A DNA stretch of 64,000 nt from an uncultured Bdellovibrionales bacterium (GTDB taxonomy: Bacteria; Bdellovibrionota_C; UBA2361; SZUA-149; DAOLCO01). Positions 45,173-54,207 of the stretch are shown here, in pieces. How positions within the stretch are numbered: position 1 is the first letter of the stretch; each line of letters opens with the position of its first letter. A program made the translations under genes and the position numbers. The notes beneath the pieces were generated by a model. The model had not been told where the DNA came from, did no database searches, and saw nothing but the letters and a program-made list of their open reading frames with translations. The stretch spans positions 123,713-187,712 of the forward strand of contig CAZTBW010000004.1 of the NCBI GenBank assembly GCA_964612555.1, written 5' to 3'.

Positions 45173-45947
45173 AGAAAATTCTGAAGAAGTATCAAAAGAT
45201 ACTCAGCTGCCTCCTCCTACTGTGCTTGAATATATCCTCTTCCCTTTTTTCCTTCTCGCTTTTTTTGGGACTCTGGTGTTCTATGATTTCGTCTTGAAAA
45301 CTATCTCCTTCGTTTACCCTAAAGCCAGGGAATGGGGAGCGTACCACTTTAACAAATGGGTTCTCTATTCGCTTAAAGTTGTTGGCACAAAAGTAAAAAT
45401 CAGGGGTCAGGAACATCTGCCGGAATCCGGACCTTGCGTTATTGTATCAAATCATCAATCAATGTTTGATATTCCCAGTATCCATGTTGCCTGCAAAAAA
45501 CTGCTCCCCAGGTTTGTTGCAAAAATAGAACTCGGAAGAGGCATTCCGGGAGTATCGGCTTGTCTCAGAATTTCAAACGCCGCACTGATTGACAGATCAG
45601 ATGCCCCACAAGCGCTTAAAGAACTAAAACGATTTTCTGATTTTATAAAACAATCCAAAACATCCGCCGTAATTTTTCCTGAAGGAACCCGGGCAAGATT
45701 TCATACTCCCAAAGCATTCAAGAAAAAAGGAACTATTACCCTCATAAAAGAAACCGCCCCGGTCTGGATTATTCCTGTCTCAATACAAAATTCATGGAAA
45801 CTACAGGCAAGAAAATATGGTCCCCTGCCTCTCGGGGTGGAAATAGAACTTTATATTCACAAGCCGGTATTTTTCGAAGGCAATGAAAATTCAGAGCAAA
45901 TTCTTGATCAAATTGAACATGAAATCAAAAGTTTGCTGATTAATTGA
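45144..45947 (+). CDS. 1-acyl-sn-glycerol-3-phosphate acyltransferase family (PlsC-like)
   Basis: NHQSMFD (H-X4-D) and FPEGTR motifs; N-terminal TM. Confidence 0.75.
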   Translation: MKATVSTVNKENSEEVSKDTQLPPPTVLEYILFPFFLLAFFGTLVFYDFVLKTISFVYPKAREWGAYHFNKWVLYSLKVVGTKVKIRGQEHLPESGPCVIVSNHQSMFDIPSIHVACKKLLPRFVAKIELGRGIPGVSACLRISNAALIDRSDAPQALKELKRFSDFIKQSKTSAVIFPEGTRARFHTPKAFKKKGTITLIKETAPVWIIPVSIQNSWKLQARKYGPLPLGVEIELYIHKPVFFEGNENSEQILDQIEHEIKSLLIN

Positions 45948-46054
45948 TAGTATATTACATACATCAGAATATTTTACTTTATGAATATGTCTGATTTATA
46001 ATGACTCACTTTTACAAACTATTTTTTTAGTGGATAATTATTAGGGGAATACCT

Positions 46055-46486
46055 ATGAAAATTAATGCGATCTTCGGTGTCTTGGTGATTAGCGTTTTAC
46101 TCACTGCCGGATGTAGTACCGGACCTAAAACACCTCGTTTTTTCCCAAATGACCATTATAGAAGAGTAGGTCCATCTGTTGCAGATGCGGATGCTGCACA
46201 GTGCATGGCTCTTGCTGACCAATATGTGGAGAACCCTTCTGCGTGGCAGGACGCAGCAATAGGTGGAGTTGGTGGTGCCGCAGTTGGTGCGGGTGCGGGT
46301 GCACTTGGAGGAACCATAATGAAAGGTAAAGTTGGTAGAGCTACCGCTGCCGGTGCTGCAATTGGTGGTATTGTTGGAGTTGCGAGCAGTCTTTCAAAAA
46401 TGGGCGAACGAAATCCATCATACGACCGATTTGTTGAACACTGCTTACAGCAAAAGGGATATCAGGTAGTAGGTTGGGGGAATTAA
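46055..46486 (+). CDS. glycine-zipper outer-membrane lipoprotein (17-kDa antigen/YMGG-like)
   Basis: Lipobox LTAGC; GxxxG-rich segment AIGGVGGAAVGAGAGALGG...AIGGIVGVA. Confidence 0.55.
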   Translation: MKINAIFGVLVISVLLTAGCSTGPKTPRFFPNDHYRRVGPSVADADAAQCMALADQYVENPSAWQDAAIGGVGGAAVGAGAGALGGTIMKGKVGRATAAGAAIGGIVGVASSLSKMGERNPSYDRFVEHCLQQKGYQVVGWGN

Positions 46487-46508
46487 GCCCCTGCCTGTTA
46501 CAAGCATC

Positions 46509-47870
46509 TTGCCATTCAGGGATCTTGTGACTCAGATTGTGCCAAATCATGATGAAATATCAAGAGCTTCCTCTCTTGATACACGAACCAAGGCAGTGAC
46601 CTTGAATCAAGATCAAAGGATTTACGGCACGATAGCTGAAATTGGGGCAGGACAGGAAATCGCTGCATGGTTCTTTCGAGTAGGCGGAGCCGCAGGAACC
46701 ATTGCAAAAACCATGTCCGCCTACGACATGAAAGTAAGTGATGACATATATGGAAAGGCGACTCGATATGTGTCTGAAGCGAGACTTATTTCCATGCTCG
46801 ATCACGAATACTCATTACTGAACGAACGTCTCGGAAAATCTCAGGAAAACGATCGAACATTTTTTGCACTCGCAAACACGATGGCAGCAAAAAGTTATGC
46901 GGGTACAAACGAATGGCATGGATGGCTTGGGGTTCGATTCCAGAATCAACCCGACGATGAGCCCTCTGACATTATCCTGCATGTGAACATGCATGACCCG
47001 GATAATTTTCTTCAACAACAAGCCATAGGAATCCTTGGAGTTAACCTTCTGTACGCCGCTTTTTTTCTCAAAGATAATCTTGAGGTCTTTTGTACTTCCC
47101 TGATGGATGATCTTGCACCCGGAAGAATCGAAGTTGATGTTGCCTACTTTCGAGGTTCCTGTTTTGAGGGATGGGACGATCCTCTGGTTGGAGTTCACTT
47201 GATTGAAGATGGTCTTTCCGATGCAGTACTGTTTTCTCCCGATGGAAGATTAATTCAACCATCCAGCGAAATCAGAAAAAGACCGGTACTTGTAGAGCGG
47301 GGAACATACCGCGTAATAAATGAACTGCTTCCCGACGCCTACTCCAATACCCTGAAAGTTTTTACCGAGGGACTTAAAGATTCAGATAAAACACCAATTA
47401 TCATCAATGAAGTCTCAATCCGTTCAGTACACCATCAACAGATACTTTCAACCAAAGAAATCGCAGAACTCCTCCCCAAACTCCTGAATAACAATTGCCA
47501 CGTTATGATATCAAATTTTTCATGGTACTATTCCGTATCCCAATACCTCAGAAGACATACTGAGGAAAAAATCGCTTTTATTATGGGGGTCAGCACTTTA
47601 ATGAAATTATTCAGCGATGAAGTTTACGATGCCGAGTCCGGGAATCTCCTGGAGGCACTGGGAAGGCTGCTTGCAATTGGAGTAAATGTCATTTCATATC
47701 CCATGGACGCTGCAAGCGTAAAAACACACCTTGCATGCACGGACGAAGACCTTGCACGATGGAAACTCCCCAAAGATAAACTCTTAAGCGCAAATGACAT
47801 CGAACCCCTTGGAGCCGAAAAGCATTTATATCGATATCTACTCGAATCGAAATCCCTGCTCTCGATTTAA
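46509..47870 (+). CDS. conserved hypothetical protein (453 aa) immediately upstream of nadA
   Basis: No motif recognised; co-directional, 21-nt gap to nadA. Confidence 0.35.
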   Translation: MPFRDLVTQIVPNHDEISRASSLDTRTKAVTLNQDQRIYGTIAEIGAGQEIAAWFFRVGGAAGTIAKTMSAYDMKVSDDIYGKATRYVSEARLISMLDHEYSLLNERLGKSQENDRTFFALANTMAAKSYAGTNEWHGWLGVRFQNQPDDEPSDIILHVNMHDPDNFLQQQAIGILGVNLLYAAFFLKDNLEVFCTSLMDDLAPGRIEVDVAYFRGSCFEGWDDPLVGVHLIEDGLSDAVLFSPDGRLIQPSSEIRKRPVLVERGTYRVINELLPDAYSNTLKVFTEGLKDSDKTPIIINEVSIRSVHHQQILSTKEIAELLPKLLNNNCHVMISNFSWYYSVSQYLRRHTEEKIAFIMGVSTLMKLFSDEVYDAESGNLLEALGRLLAIGVNVISYPMDAASVKTHLACTDEDLARWKLPKDKLLSANDIEPLGAEKHLYRYLLESKSLLSI

Positions 47871-47891
47871 TAGTACCGTATAAGTAGTGCC

Positions 47892-48824
47892 ATGAAAAAT
47901 AACTTGATAGAAGAAATAAACGAATTAAAAAAAGAGAGAAAGGCTTCTATCCTTGCGCATTATTATCAAGAGGCTGTGATTCAGGATATTGCCGATCACA
48001 TCGCGGACAGTCTTGGCATGGCGTACTACGGAAGGGACTCTGATGCGGAGGTCTTACTTGTTGCAGGAGTACTCTTCATGGGAGAAACCGCAAAGATTCT
48101 TTCACCTGAAAAAACGGTACTTGTTCCCGATCTTGATGCGGGATGTTCACTTGCAGATAACTGCCCTGCTGAAGAATTTAAAAAATTTAAAGCGCAATAT
48201 CCCAACCACATCGTAGTAACGTATGTCAATTGCAGTGCTGAAGTAAAAGCACTCACCGACATCCTCTGCACTTCTTCCAATGCATTAAAAATAATAAACT
48301 CCATCCCCAAAGATACACCAATTCTCTTTGCACCGGATAAACATCTTGGCGCATATCTCAAGAAACAATCCGGAAGGGAAGATATGATACTCTGGGACGG
48401 GGCGTGCATAGTGCATGAAAATTTTAAAGCAGAAACGCTTACCAGACTGAAGATGCAGCACCCTGATGCCCTGGTACTTGCCCACCCCGAGTGCCCTGAA
48501 CCGGTGCTTGACCTGGCTGACCACATAGGGTCAACAAGTGCGCTGTTAAACTTCAGTATCAGCTCTGAGGCTAAAGAGTTCATTGTTGCAACCGAGTCCG
48601 GCATCATCCATCAAATGGAGAAAAAATCGCCTCACAAAAAATTCTTTGCGGTTCCCAATGCCGCACATTGCAACTGTGCCGAGTGCCCTCATATGAGAAA
48701 AAATACACTTGAAAAGATCAGAGACGCACTACGAGACCTCACACCACAGATTCATATAGACGAAGACATACGTAAGCGAGCGGTGCTTCCACTTGAAAGG
48801 ATGTTTGAAATCAGCGCCTCTTGA
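47892..48824 (+). CDS. nadA: quinolinate synthase
   Basis: 310 aa; NadA N-terminal pattern (ILAHYYQ, three conserved Cys for 4Fe-4S). Confidence 0.9.
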   Translation: MKNNLIEEINELKKERKASILAHYYQEAVIQDIADHIADSLGMAYYGRDSDAEVLLVAGVLFMGETAKILSPEKTVLVPDLDAGCSLADNCPAEEFKKFKAQYPNHIVVTYVNCSAEVKALTDILCTSSNALKIINSIPKDTPILFAPDKHLGAYLKKQSGREDMILWDGACIVHENFKAETLTRLKMQHPDALVLAHPECPEPVLDLADHIGSTSALLNFSISSEAKEFIVATESGIIHQMEKKSPHKKFFAVPNAAHCNCAECPHMRKNTLEKIRDALRDLTPQIHIDEDIRKRAVLPLERMFEISAS

Positions 48825-48842
48825 TCAAGTAAAAAACTTATT

Positions 48843-50024
48843 ATGAAACACATGATATATCTTGATAACAATTCAACCACTCCCATCGCTCCGGAAGTAA
48901 TAAGCTACACCACAGAAGTCCTTTCAAAATGCTTTGGGAACCCCTCTTCCCCACATTTTTACGGCTGGCAGGCAAAAGAAGTTCTGGAAAAAGCACGAGA
49001 AGAGCTTGCTGAACTGTTGGGTACGAGCACCCCTTGTATCATCTTCACTTCAGGAGCAACGGAGGCTAACAACATTATTCTCCAGGGCTTCTGCACAAAA
49101 TCTCGCACACTTCATCCAGAGCAGACTCCTCATATAGTAAGTTCAAAAATAGAACACAGTTCCATACTCAGAACTGTTTTTGCGATAGAAGAGAGAGGAG
49201 ACGGTAACTACACCTTACTTGATAATGATAAAGAAGGGATAATTGCCCCACAAACCCTTTCTTCCGGTATCAGTTCAATTAAGGCTCCTCTCCTTATCAG
49301 CATACAACTTGCAAATAATGAAATTGGAACACTTCAGGATATTTCAGCACTCTCTGAAGCTGCCCGCCACACACCACACTTTTTCCACAGTGACATTACT
49401 CAAATGATTGGAAAAACTTCTTTTTCATTTAAAGATACCAATATTCATGCAGTAAGCCTCTCCGGACACAAATTTCATGCACCAAAGGGTATCGGTGTTC
49501 TTGCGTTCAGGGATGAAGAGGCAATGGATAAAGTTACTTCTGTCTATTTCGGAGGTCTGCATGAAAAAGGACTTCGACCGGGGACGCTTGCAGTCCCAAT
49601 GATTGCAAGTATAGGAGCTGCGGCAAAGCTCGCACGAACAGAAACAGATACCATGCGCTCATATCTTCAAAAACTTTCTCATAACATGCTCACTTCTCTT
49701 CTAAGCTTTGACCCGAATATTCGACTCCTGGGACCTTCTCTTGATTCCGGAAAGAGACTTCCCGGAAATCTTAATATGTACATTCCCGGAATAAACGGCG
49801 GCAAACTTTGTAATGATCTTTCAGCCTCAGTCGCATTTTCTACAAGTTCTGCCTGCCTCAGCTCATCATCACAAAGCTCTCATGTTCTTGCTGCAATCGG
49901 GCTTTCTGAGTCTGAAGCAAAATCAGTAATAAGAATCGGTATAAGCACCATGAATACGGAAGCTGAAATTACCACCGCTTCTGAAAAAATAATTTCAAAA
50001 ATAAAAAAATTAAGAGGACAATAA
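48843..50024 (+). CDS. cysteine desulfurase, class V aminotransferase (NifS/IscS-like)
   Basis: PLP Lys in SLSGHKFHAPKG; C-terminal active-site Cys loop STSSACLS. Confidence 0.8.
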   Translation: MKHMIYLDNNSTTPIAPEVISYTTEVLSKCFGNPSSPHFYGWQAKEVLEKAREELAELLGTSTPCIIFTSGATEANNIILQGFCTKSRTLHPEQTPHIVSSKIEHSSILRTVFAIEERGDGNYTLLDNDKEGIIAPQTLSSGISSIKAPLLISIQLANNEIGTLQDISALSEAARHTPHFFHSDITQMIGKTSFSFKDTNIHAVSLSGHKFHAPKGIGVLAFRDEEAMDKVTSVYFGGLHEKGLRPGTLAVPMIASIGAAAKLARTETDTMRSYLQKLSHNMLTSLLSFDPNIRLLGPSLDSGKRLPGNLNMYIPGINGGKLCNDLSASVAFSTSSACLSSSSQSSHVLAAIGLSESEAKSVIRIGISTMNTEAEITTASEKIISKIKKLRGQ

Positions 50025-50025
50025 A

Positions 50026-50829
50026 ATGAAACCTCCTCTCGCAAAACGGGAACTTCTTTTAAGCTCATATGATGGATTCATTTTCGATATGGACGGGGTC
50101 ATCTGGCGAGGAAAAGAAATCATTCCCGGTGCAAAAGAAGCTATCTCACTTCTTCGATCGGAAGGAAAAAAAATCCTTTTCGTTACCAACAACGCAAGTG
50201 AATCCAGAGCTAATCAGCACAAGAAACTGCAACACTTAGGCATTGAAGCTGAGGTTGAAGAGTTTCTTACTGCCGGATACGGCACTGCACAATATCTTGG
50301 AGCGCACAAACCCGGATCTCAGGTATATGTCATGGGCACCGAGGAACTTGCACAGGAAATGCGGGAAGCGGGACTTCTCCTTGTTGAAAAAGATGCGGAA
50401 ATTGTAGCGGTTGGTTTTGACAGGGGTTTTAACTATCAAAAACTCGATTGTGCTTTTCAGAATCTATATAACAGACAGTGCCTCTTTGTAGCCTGTAACG
50501 AAAACCCCATATACCCCGCATCCTCGTCCTTTCACCCGGGAGTGGGACCCAGCGTAGCTGCTCTTTCCTATGCAATAGGAAGAACACCAGACCTCGTAAT
50601 CGGGAAACCCCATACCCCACTCCTGGACATAGCACTCTCCAAACTCAATCTTCCTCCCGAAAAAGCAGTAGTCTTTGGTGACATCCTCGACATGGACATC
50701 CTCTGGGGGCAACAAAGAAACCTGGGCTCAGTGTACGTACTATCCGGAGTAGGCACAGAAGAAGACATTACACGCCTTGGAATACACCCCACTTTTATTG
50801 CCAACGACGTACTTACTGCCTTAACATAA
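50026..50829 (+). CDS. HAD-IIA family sugar phosphatase (NagD-like)
   Basis: FDMDGV (DxDG), VTNN, C-terminal GD motif; start overlaps previous stop. Confidence 0.8.
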   Translation: MKPPLAKRELLLSSYDGFIFDMDGVIWRGKEIIPGAKEAISLLRSEGKKILFVTNNASESRANQHKKLQHLGIEAEVEEFLTAGYGTAQYLGAHKPGSQVYVMGTEELAQEMREAGLLLVEKDAEIVAVGFDRGFNYQKLDCAFQNLYNRQCLFVACNENPIYPASSSFHPGVGPSVAALSYAIGRTPDLVIGKPHTPLLDIALSKLNLPPEKAVVFGDILDMDILWGQQRNLGSVYVLSGVGTEEDITRLGIHPTFIANDVLTALT

Positions 50830-50831
50830 GC

Positions 50832-51203
50832 TCAAAGAAATCTTCGATAATCAATCTTGAACTCCTTTTCAATCTTTTTTGCAAGTGCTTTTCCAATAGT
50901 ACGCTTACCTCTTTCTATCTTTGAAACATCTGTCTGAGAAATACCAAGCTTTTGTGCCAGTGCTTCCTGAGTAAGACCTGTCTTTGCCCGAATCCCTCGA
51001 AATGTAATGAAAGGACGTTTTTCGGGATTTCGAAGATCAGGAAAAACCTCACTTGCATCAATAAGAGTATCCTCATCTTGAAGAGAATTCTTAATCAAAA
51101 CTTCAATTGCTTTTGCTTTATCGAGTGGCACCAGAAAACTTTTTCTTTTCGCTCCATCCCGAATAACAATCTCAATAAGGGGCATCTTCGCGACTACCGA
51201 CAT
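50832..51203 (-). CDS. XRE-family HTH antitoxin (HigA-like)
   Basis: HTH TGLTQEALAQKLGISQTDVSKIERGKRTI; overlaps upstream toxin gene. Confidence 0.6.
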   Translation of the reverse strand: MSVVAKMPLIEIVIRDGAKRKSFLVPLDKAKAIEVLIKNSLQDEDTLIDASEVFPDLRNPEKRPFITFRGIRAKTGLTQEALAQKLGISQTDVSKIERGKRTIGKALAKKIEKEFKIDYRRFL

Positions 51204-51441
51204 ATGTTATCTCCACAATTTTAATTTTCTTGTCCACTACACACCATACAGCAACATAACTATAACTCAGATGGCAATGATGACTCCCGTCACTAAGCTT
51301 TGAATAATTCTGCCAATCCCCTCGCACAGGTCCATTCACTTCAATATCATCAATCAATGCTTCAAGATTACTCTGAATAGAAGAAGGTAACTTCTTAATC
51401 TTTTTCAGTAGGCGTTTTGATAAATGCACAGTCCAGCTCAT
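51172..51441 (-). CDS. RelE/ParE-superfamily toxin (HigB-like)
   Basis: 89 aa; RelE-like pattern W.V.....KKLKKLP.......l......NP...g....y....LR.GDYR-like C-terminus ITYVGSREDAPY; toxin-first order with XRE antitoxin. Confidence 0.55.
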   Translation of the reverse strand: MSWTVHLSKRLLKKIKKLPSSIQSNLEALIDDIEVNGPVRGDWQNYSKLSDGSHHCHLSYSYVAVWCVVDKKIKIVEITYVGSREDAPY

Positions 51442-51692
51442 ATCGCCTGTATAGAAAGTATATGATATTTTTTAGCATAAAACAAGTTATTTTTTATCAT
51501 ATTTACGACACCCTCACTTCTCACAAATCTGTTTTAAAAATAGCAACTTATAAGTATTGACCCCTAACAGAATTATTCAGAAAAACGACAACAGTAGGGT
51601 CTCTACCAATAGTTATCGCAAAAAATCACATGTAGGAACAAACAGGACACACAGAAAAGAAGGAGTGCTACAAAATCTTTGAATTAACTCCC

Positions 51693-52577
51693 CTAAAAAG
51701 AAAACTGCCCAAGAAAGGTTTCTCCTAATTTATAGAGATCGTTGTGCAGCATCTTTTTGATTCGTTCACGGGACTTGGTGTCGGAATTAAGTGTTTGTTT
51801 AATAAATTCAGGATTTGAAGTTATAAATGAACGCATGGTTGAAAATGGGTCTTTTATAAAGTCCAGAATCTGATACAGCTGCTCTTTTGTTAAAATTCCT
51901 TTTTCAAACGCTTCGGTAAAAAGCTCTTCATTAATCGTACAAAGCGCTTTTACTTCCGGGATACCCCCTTCAAGAAGATTATCTATTCCACCCTGATTTC
52001 TATCAACACAATTTAATGACGCTGCAATACTGACATCAACAGATTCCAGAGCCGGTATCCATTTAGAAAGATAGCTTGAGCCTACTGAAAGAAGATCAGC
52101 TACGTGAAGAGATTTTTTAAGTCCCGTGTTGCTGAAAACCTCTCCCTGATCGTCATATGCTGATAGATCGTTATATAAATATATGTGAGGAAGTTTAAGC
52201 GCTTCTGCCAGTGGAACCGAAAAAAACCAATCCCTTCTTTGCCCACCACTGATGTAGGAGATACCATGAGCTGACACCAGTAAACGCGCCACTTCACTCA
52301 GACGATCCATTATCTCCCCGTAGACAGGAAATTCTTTTATCGTTTCTGCAAACAGTATGGGCAATTCACGAGAAACTCTATCCGGAGCATCTCCCAGTTC
52401 GGTAATTTTCTTTAGCAAGTCTTCCGCTTTTTTAGCCCCACCACACAGATAATGAGTATTAACGTAGTATGGTCCAATCAAACCGGAGGTATATAAAAAA
52501 GGAGTATCCGCAGGAGCCACCTTGATGGCTTCGCAGGCAAAAAGCATTTCAGCCAGGGTGGCTTCCTTCATATTCAT
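51693..52577 (-). CDS. phosphoribosyltransferase-like (PyrE/OPRTase-like) protein, divergent
   Basis: TSGLIGPYYVNTH resembles OPRTase N-terminal PRPP loop; LHVADLLSVGSS resembles type I PRTase PRPP motif; atypical length 294 aa. Confidence 0.35.
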   Translation of the reverse strand: MNMKEATLAEMLFACEAIKVAPADTPFLYTSGLIGPYYVNTHYLCGGAKKAEDLLKKITELGDAPDRVSRELPILFAETIKEFPVYGEIMDRLSEVARLLVSAHGISYISGGQRRDWFFSVPLAEALKLPHIYLYNDLSAYDDQGEVFSNTGLKKSLHVADLLSVGSSYLSKWIPALESVDVSIAASLNCVDRNQGGIDNLLEGGIPEVKALCTINEELFTEAFEKGILTKEQLYQILDFIKDPFSTMRSFITSNPEFIKQTLNSDTKSRERIKKMLHNDLYKLGETFLGQFSF

Positions 52578-52579
52578 AA

Positions 52580-53974
52580 CTATACTCCCGGTTTTGTCAT
52601 ACTCATCAAATCCAATACCTGATCAAGCTCTTCTTTAGGAAGTACTTCTGCCTCTTCTGCAACCTGTCGAAGAGGTTTTCCACTGGTAAATGCTTTTTTT
52701 GCAAGCTCTGCTGCCTTGTCATACCCGATTTTCGGCGCAAGCGCAGTACAAGTCGCAATGCTTGCTTCTGCCAGATCGTGCAGCCTTTCCTTCTCAGGTT
52801 CAATACCTTCCACACACTTTCGACTAAAATTCCTACTTGCACTCGAAAGCAGCTTTACAGATTCAATCATAGAATGTGCCATTACTGGCATCATAACATT
52901 CAGTTCAAAAGTACTACCCATGAGGCTCCCGATAGTCATCACCCCATCATTTGCAATCACCCGTGCACACACCATCAATGTGGACTCTGCAATAACAGGA
53001 TTTACTTTCCCGGGCATAATGGATGAACCCGGCTGCACGGAAGGTAAAGCAAGCTCTCCGATTCCACAACGAGGACCTGAGGCAAGCCACCTGATATCAT
53101 TAGCCACCTTGGAAAGACTACACGCAACCGCTTTTAATTGCCCGCTCATCTCCACATACCCATCCTTTGAAGCCTGTGCTTCAAAATGGTTAATTGCTTC
53201 AAAAAAAGGCAACCCGGTTCTCCTTGAAATTTCCGCTATCGCCAGACGAGGAAAATCAGGATGAGTATTCAAACCCGTTCCAACTGCCGTACCCCCAAGA
53301 GGAAGTTCAAAAATGGAAGTAAGTGAGCGTTGAATTCTCCATATACTTTGTTCTATTTGTCTTTCATACCCGCTAAACTCCTGCCCGAGCGTCATGGGAG
53401 TGGCATCCTGTAGATGGGTTCTTCCGGTCTTGATAAGACCATTAAAGGCGTCCCTCTTGTCTGCAAGTGCTGCTCGAAGTTCCTCTAACGAAGGAATCAA
53501 TTCTGAGGCGAGCGCCTGAGCCAGGGCAATGTGCATGGCAGTGGGAAATACATCGTTTGAAGACTGTCCCATGTTGACATGGTCATTAGGGTGAATATCA
53601 AGTCCTCCCTGAGCGATCTGTCTTGCCCGGGTTGCAATGACCTCATTTGCATTCATATTAGAAGATGTTCCGGAACCCGTTTGATATACATCAACTACAA
53701 ACTGCGAGAGGAGTGCGCCTGAGATTACCTCCTCGGCAGCATCCTGAATTGCCTTTGTGCGTGCATCATCAAGAAGTCCCAGTTGATTATTCGCTTTTGC
53801 CGCAGCAGACTTTACAAGACCAAGCGCTTTCACCATTCCTTCAGGAATGCCCGACCCGCTTATGGTAAAATTTTCCACCGCACGTTGTGTCTGGGCAGCA
53901 TAAAGAGCATCCTTCGGTACCTTCATCTCCCCCATAGAATCTTTTTCTATTCTGTAATCAACAGTGCCCATCAA
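52580..53974 (-). CDS. fumC: fumarate hydratase class II (aspartase/fumarase superfamily)
   Basis: GSSIMPGKVNP signature, N-terminal KDSMGE..AQTQRA. Confidence 0.8.
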   Translation of the reverse strand: MMGTVDYRIEKDSMGEMKVPKDALYAAQTQRAVENFTISGSGIPEGMVKALGLVKSAAAKANNQLGLLDDARTKAIQDAAEEVISGALLSQFVVDVYQTGSGTSSNMNANEVIATRARQIAQGGLDIHPNDHVNMGQSSNDVFPTAMHIALAQALASELIPSLEELRAALADKRDAFNGLIKTGRTHLQDATPMTLGQEFSGYERQIEQSIWRIQRSLTSIFELPLGGTAVGTGLNTHPDFPRLAIAEISRRTGLPFFEAINHFEAQASKDGYVEMSGQLKAVACSLSKVANDIRWLASGPRCGIGELALPSVQPGSSIMPGKVNPVIAESTLMVCARVIANDGVMTIGSLMGSTFELNVMMPVMAHSMIESVKLLSSASRNFSRKCVEGIEPEKERLHDLAEASIATCTALAPKIGYDKAAELAKKAFTSGKPLRQVAEEAEVLPKEELDQVLDLMSMTKPGV

Positions 53975-54207
53975 GATACCTCCATTAAAAATTTACGAAT
54001 ATTGCTTAGCTATTACTCAGTACTTAAATAGTTGATTATACAAACAAATTCAAGAAGTTATAGTGCATACTATAATTACCCTCTTATTCTGTATAAAATC
54101 AAGATATTACTAAAGATACCCACAAAGACGGTCGACTTTTATAGGGACAAAGCCCGAACATGGCTTACTACAAACATTTGTAGCGGTATATTTATTCGAG
54201 AGCATCT

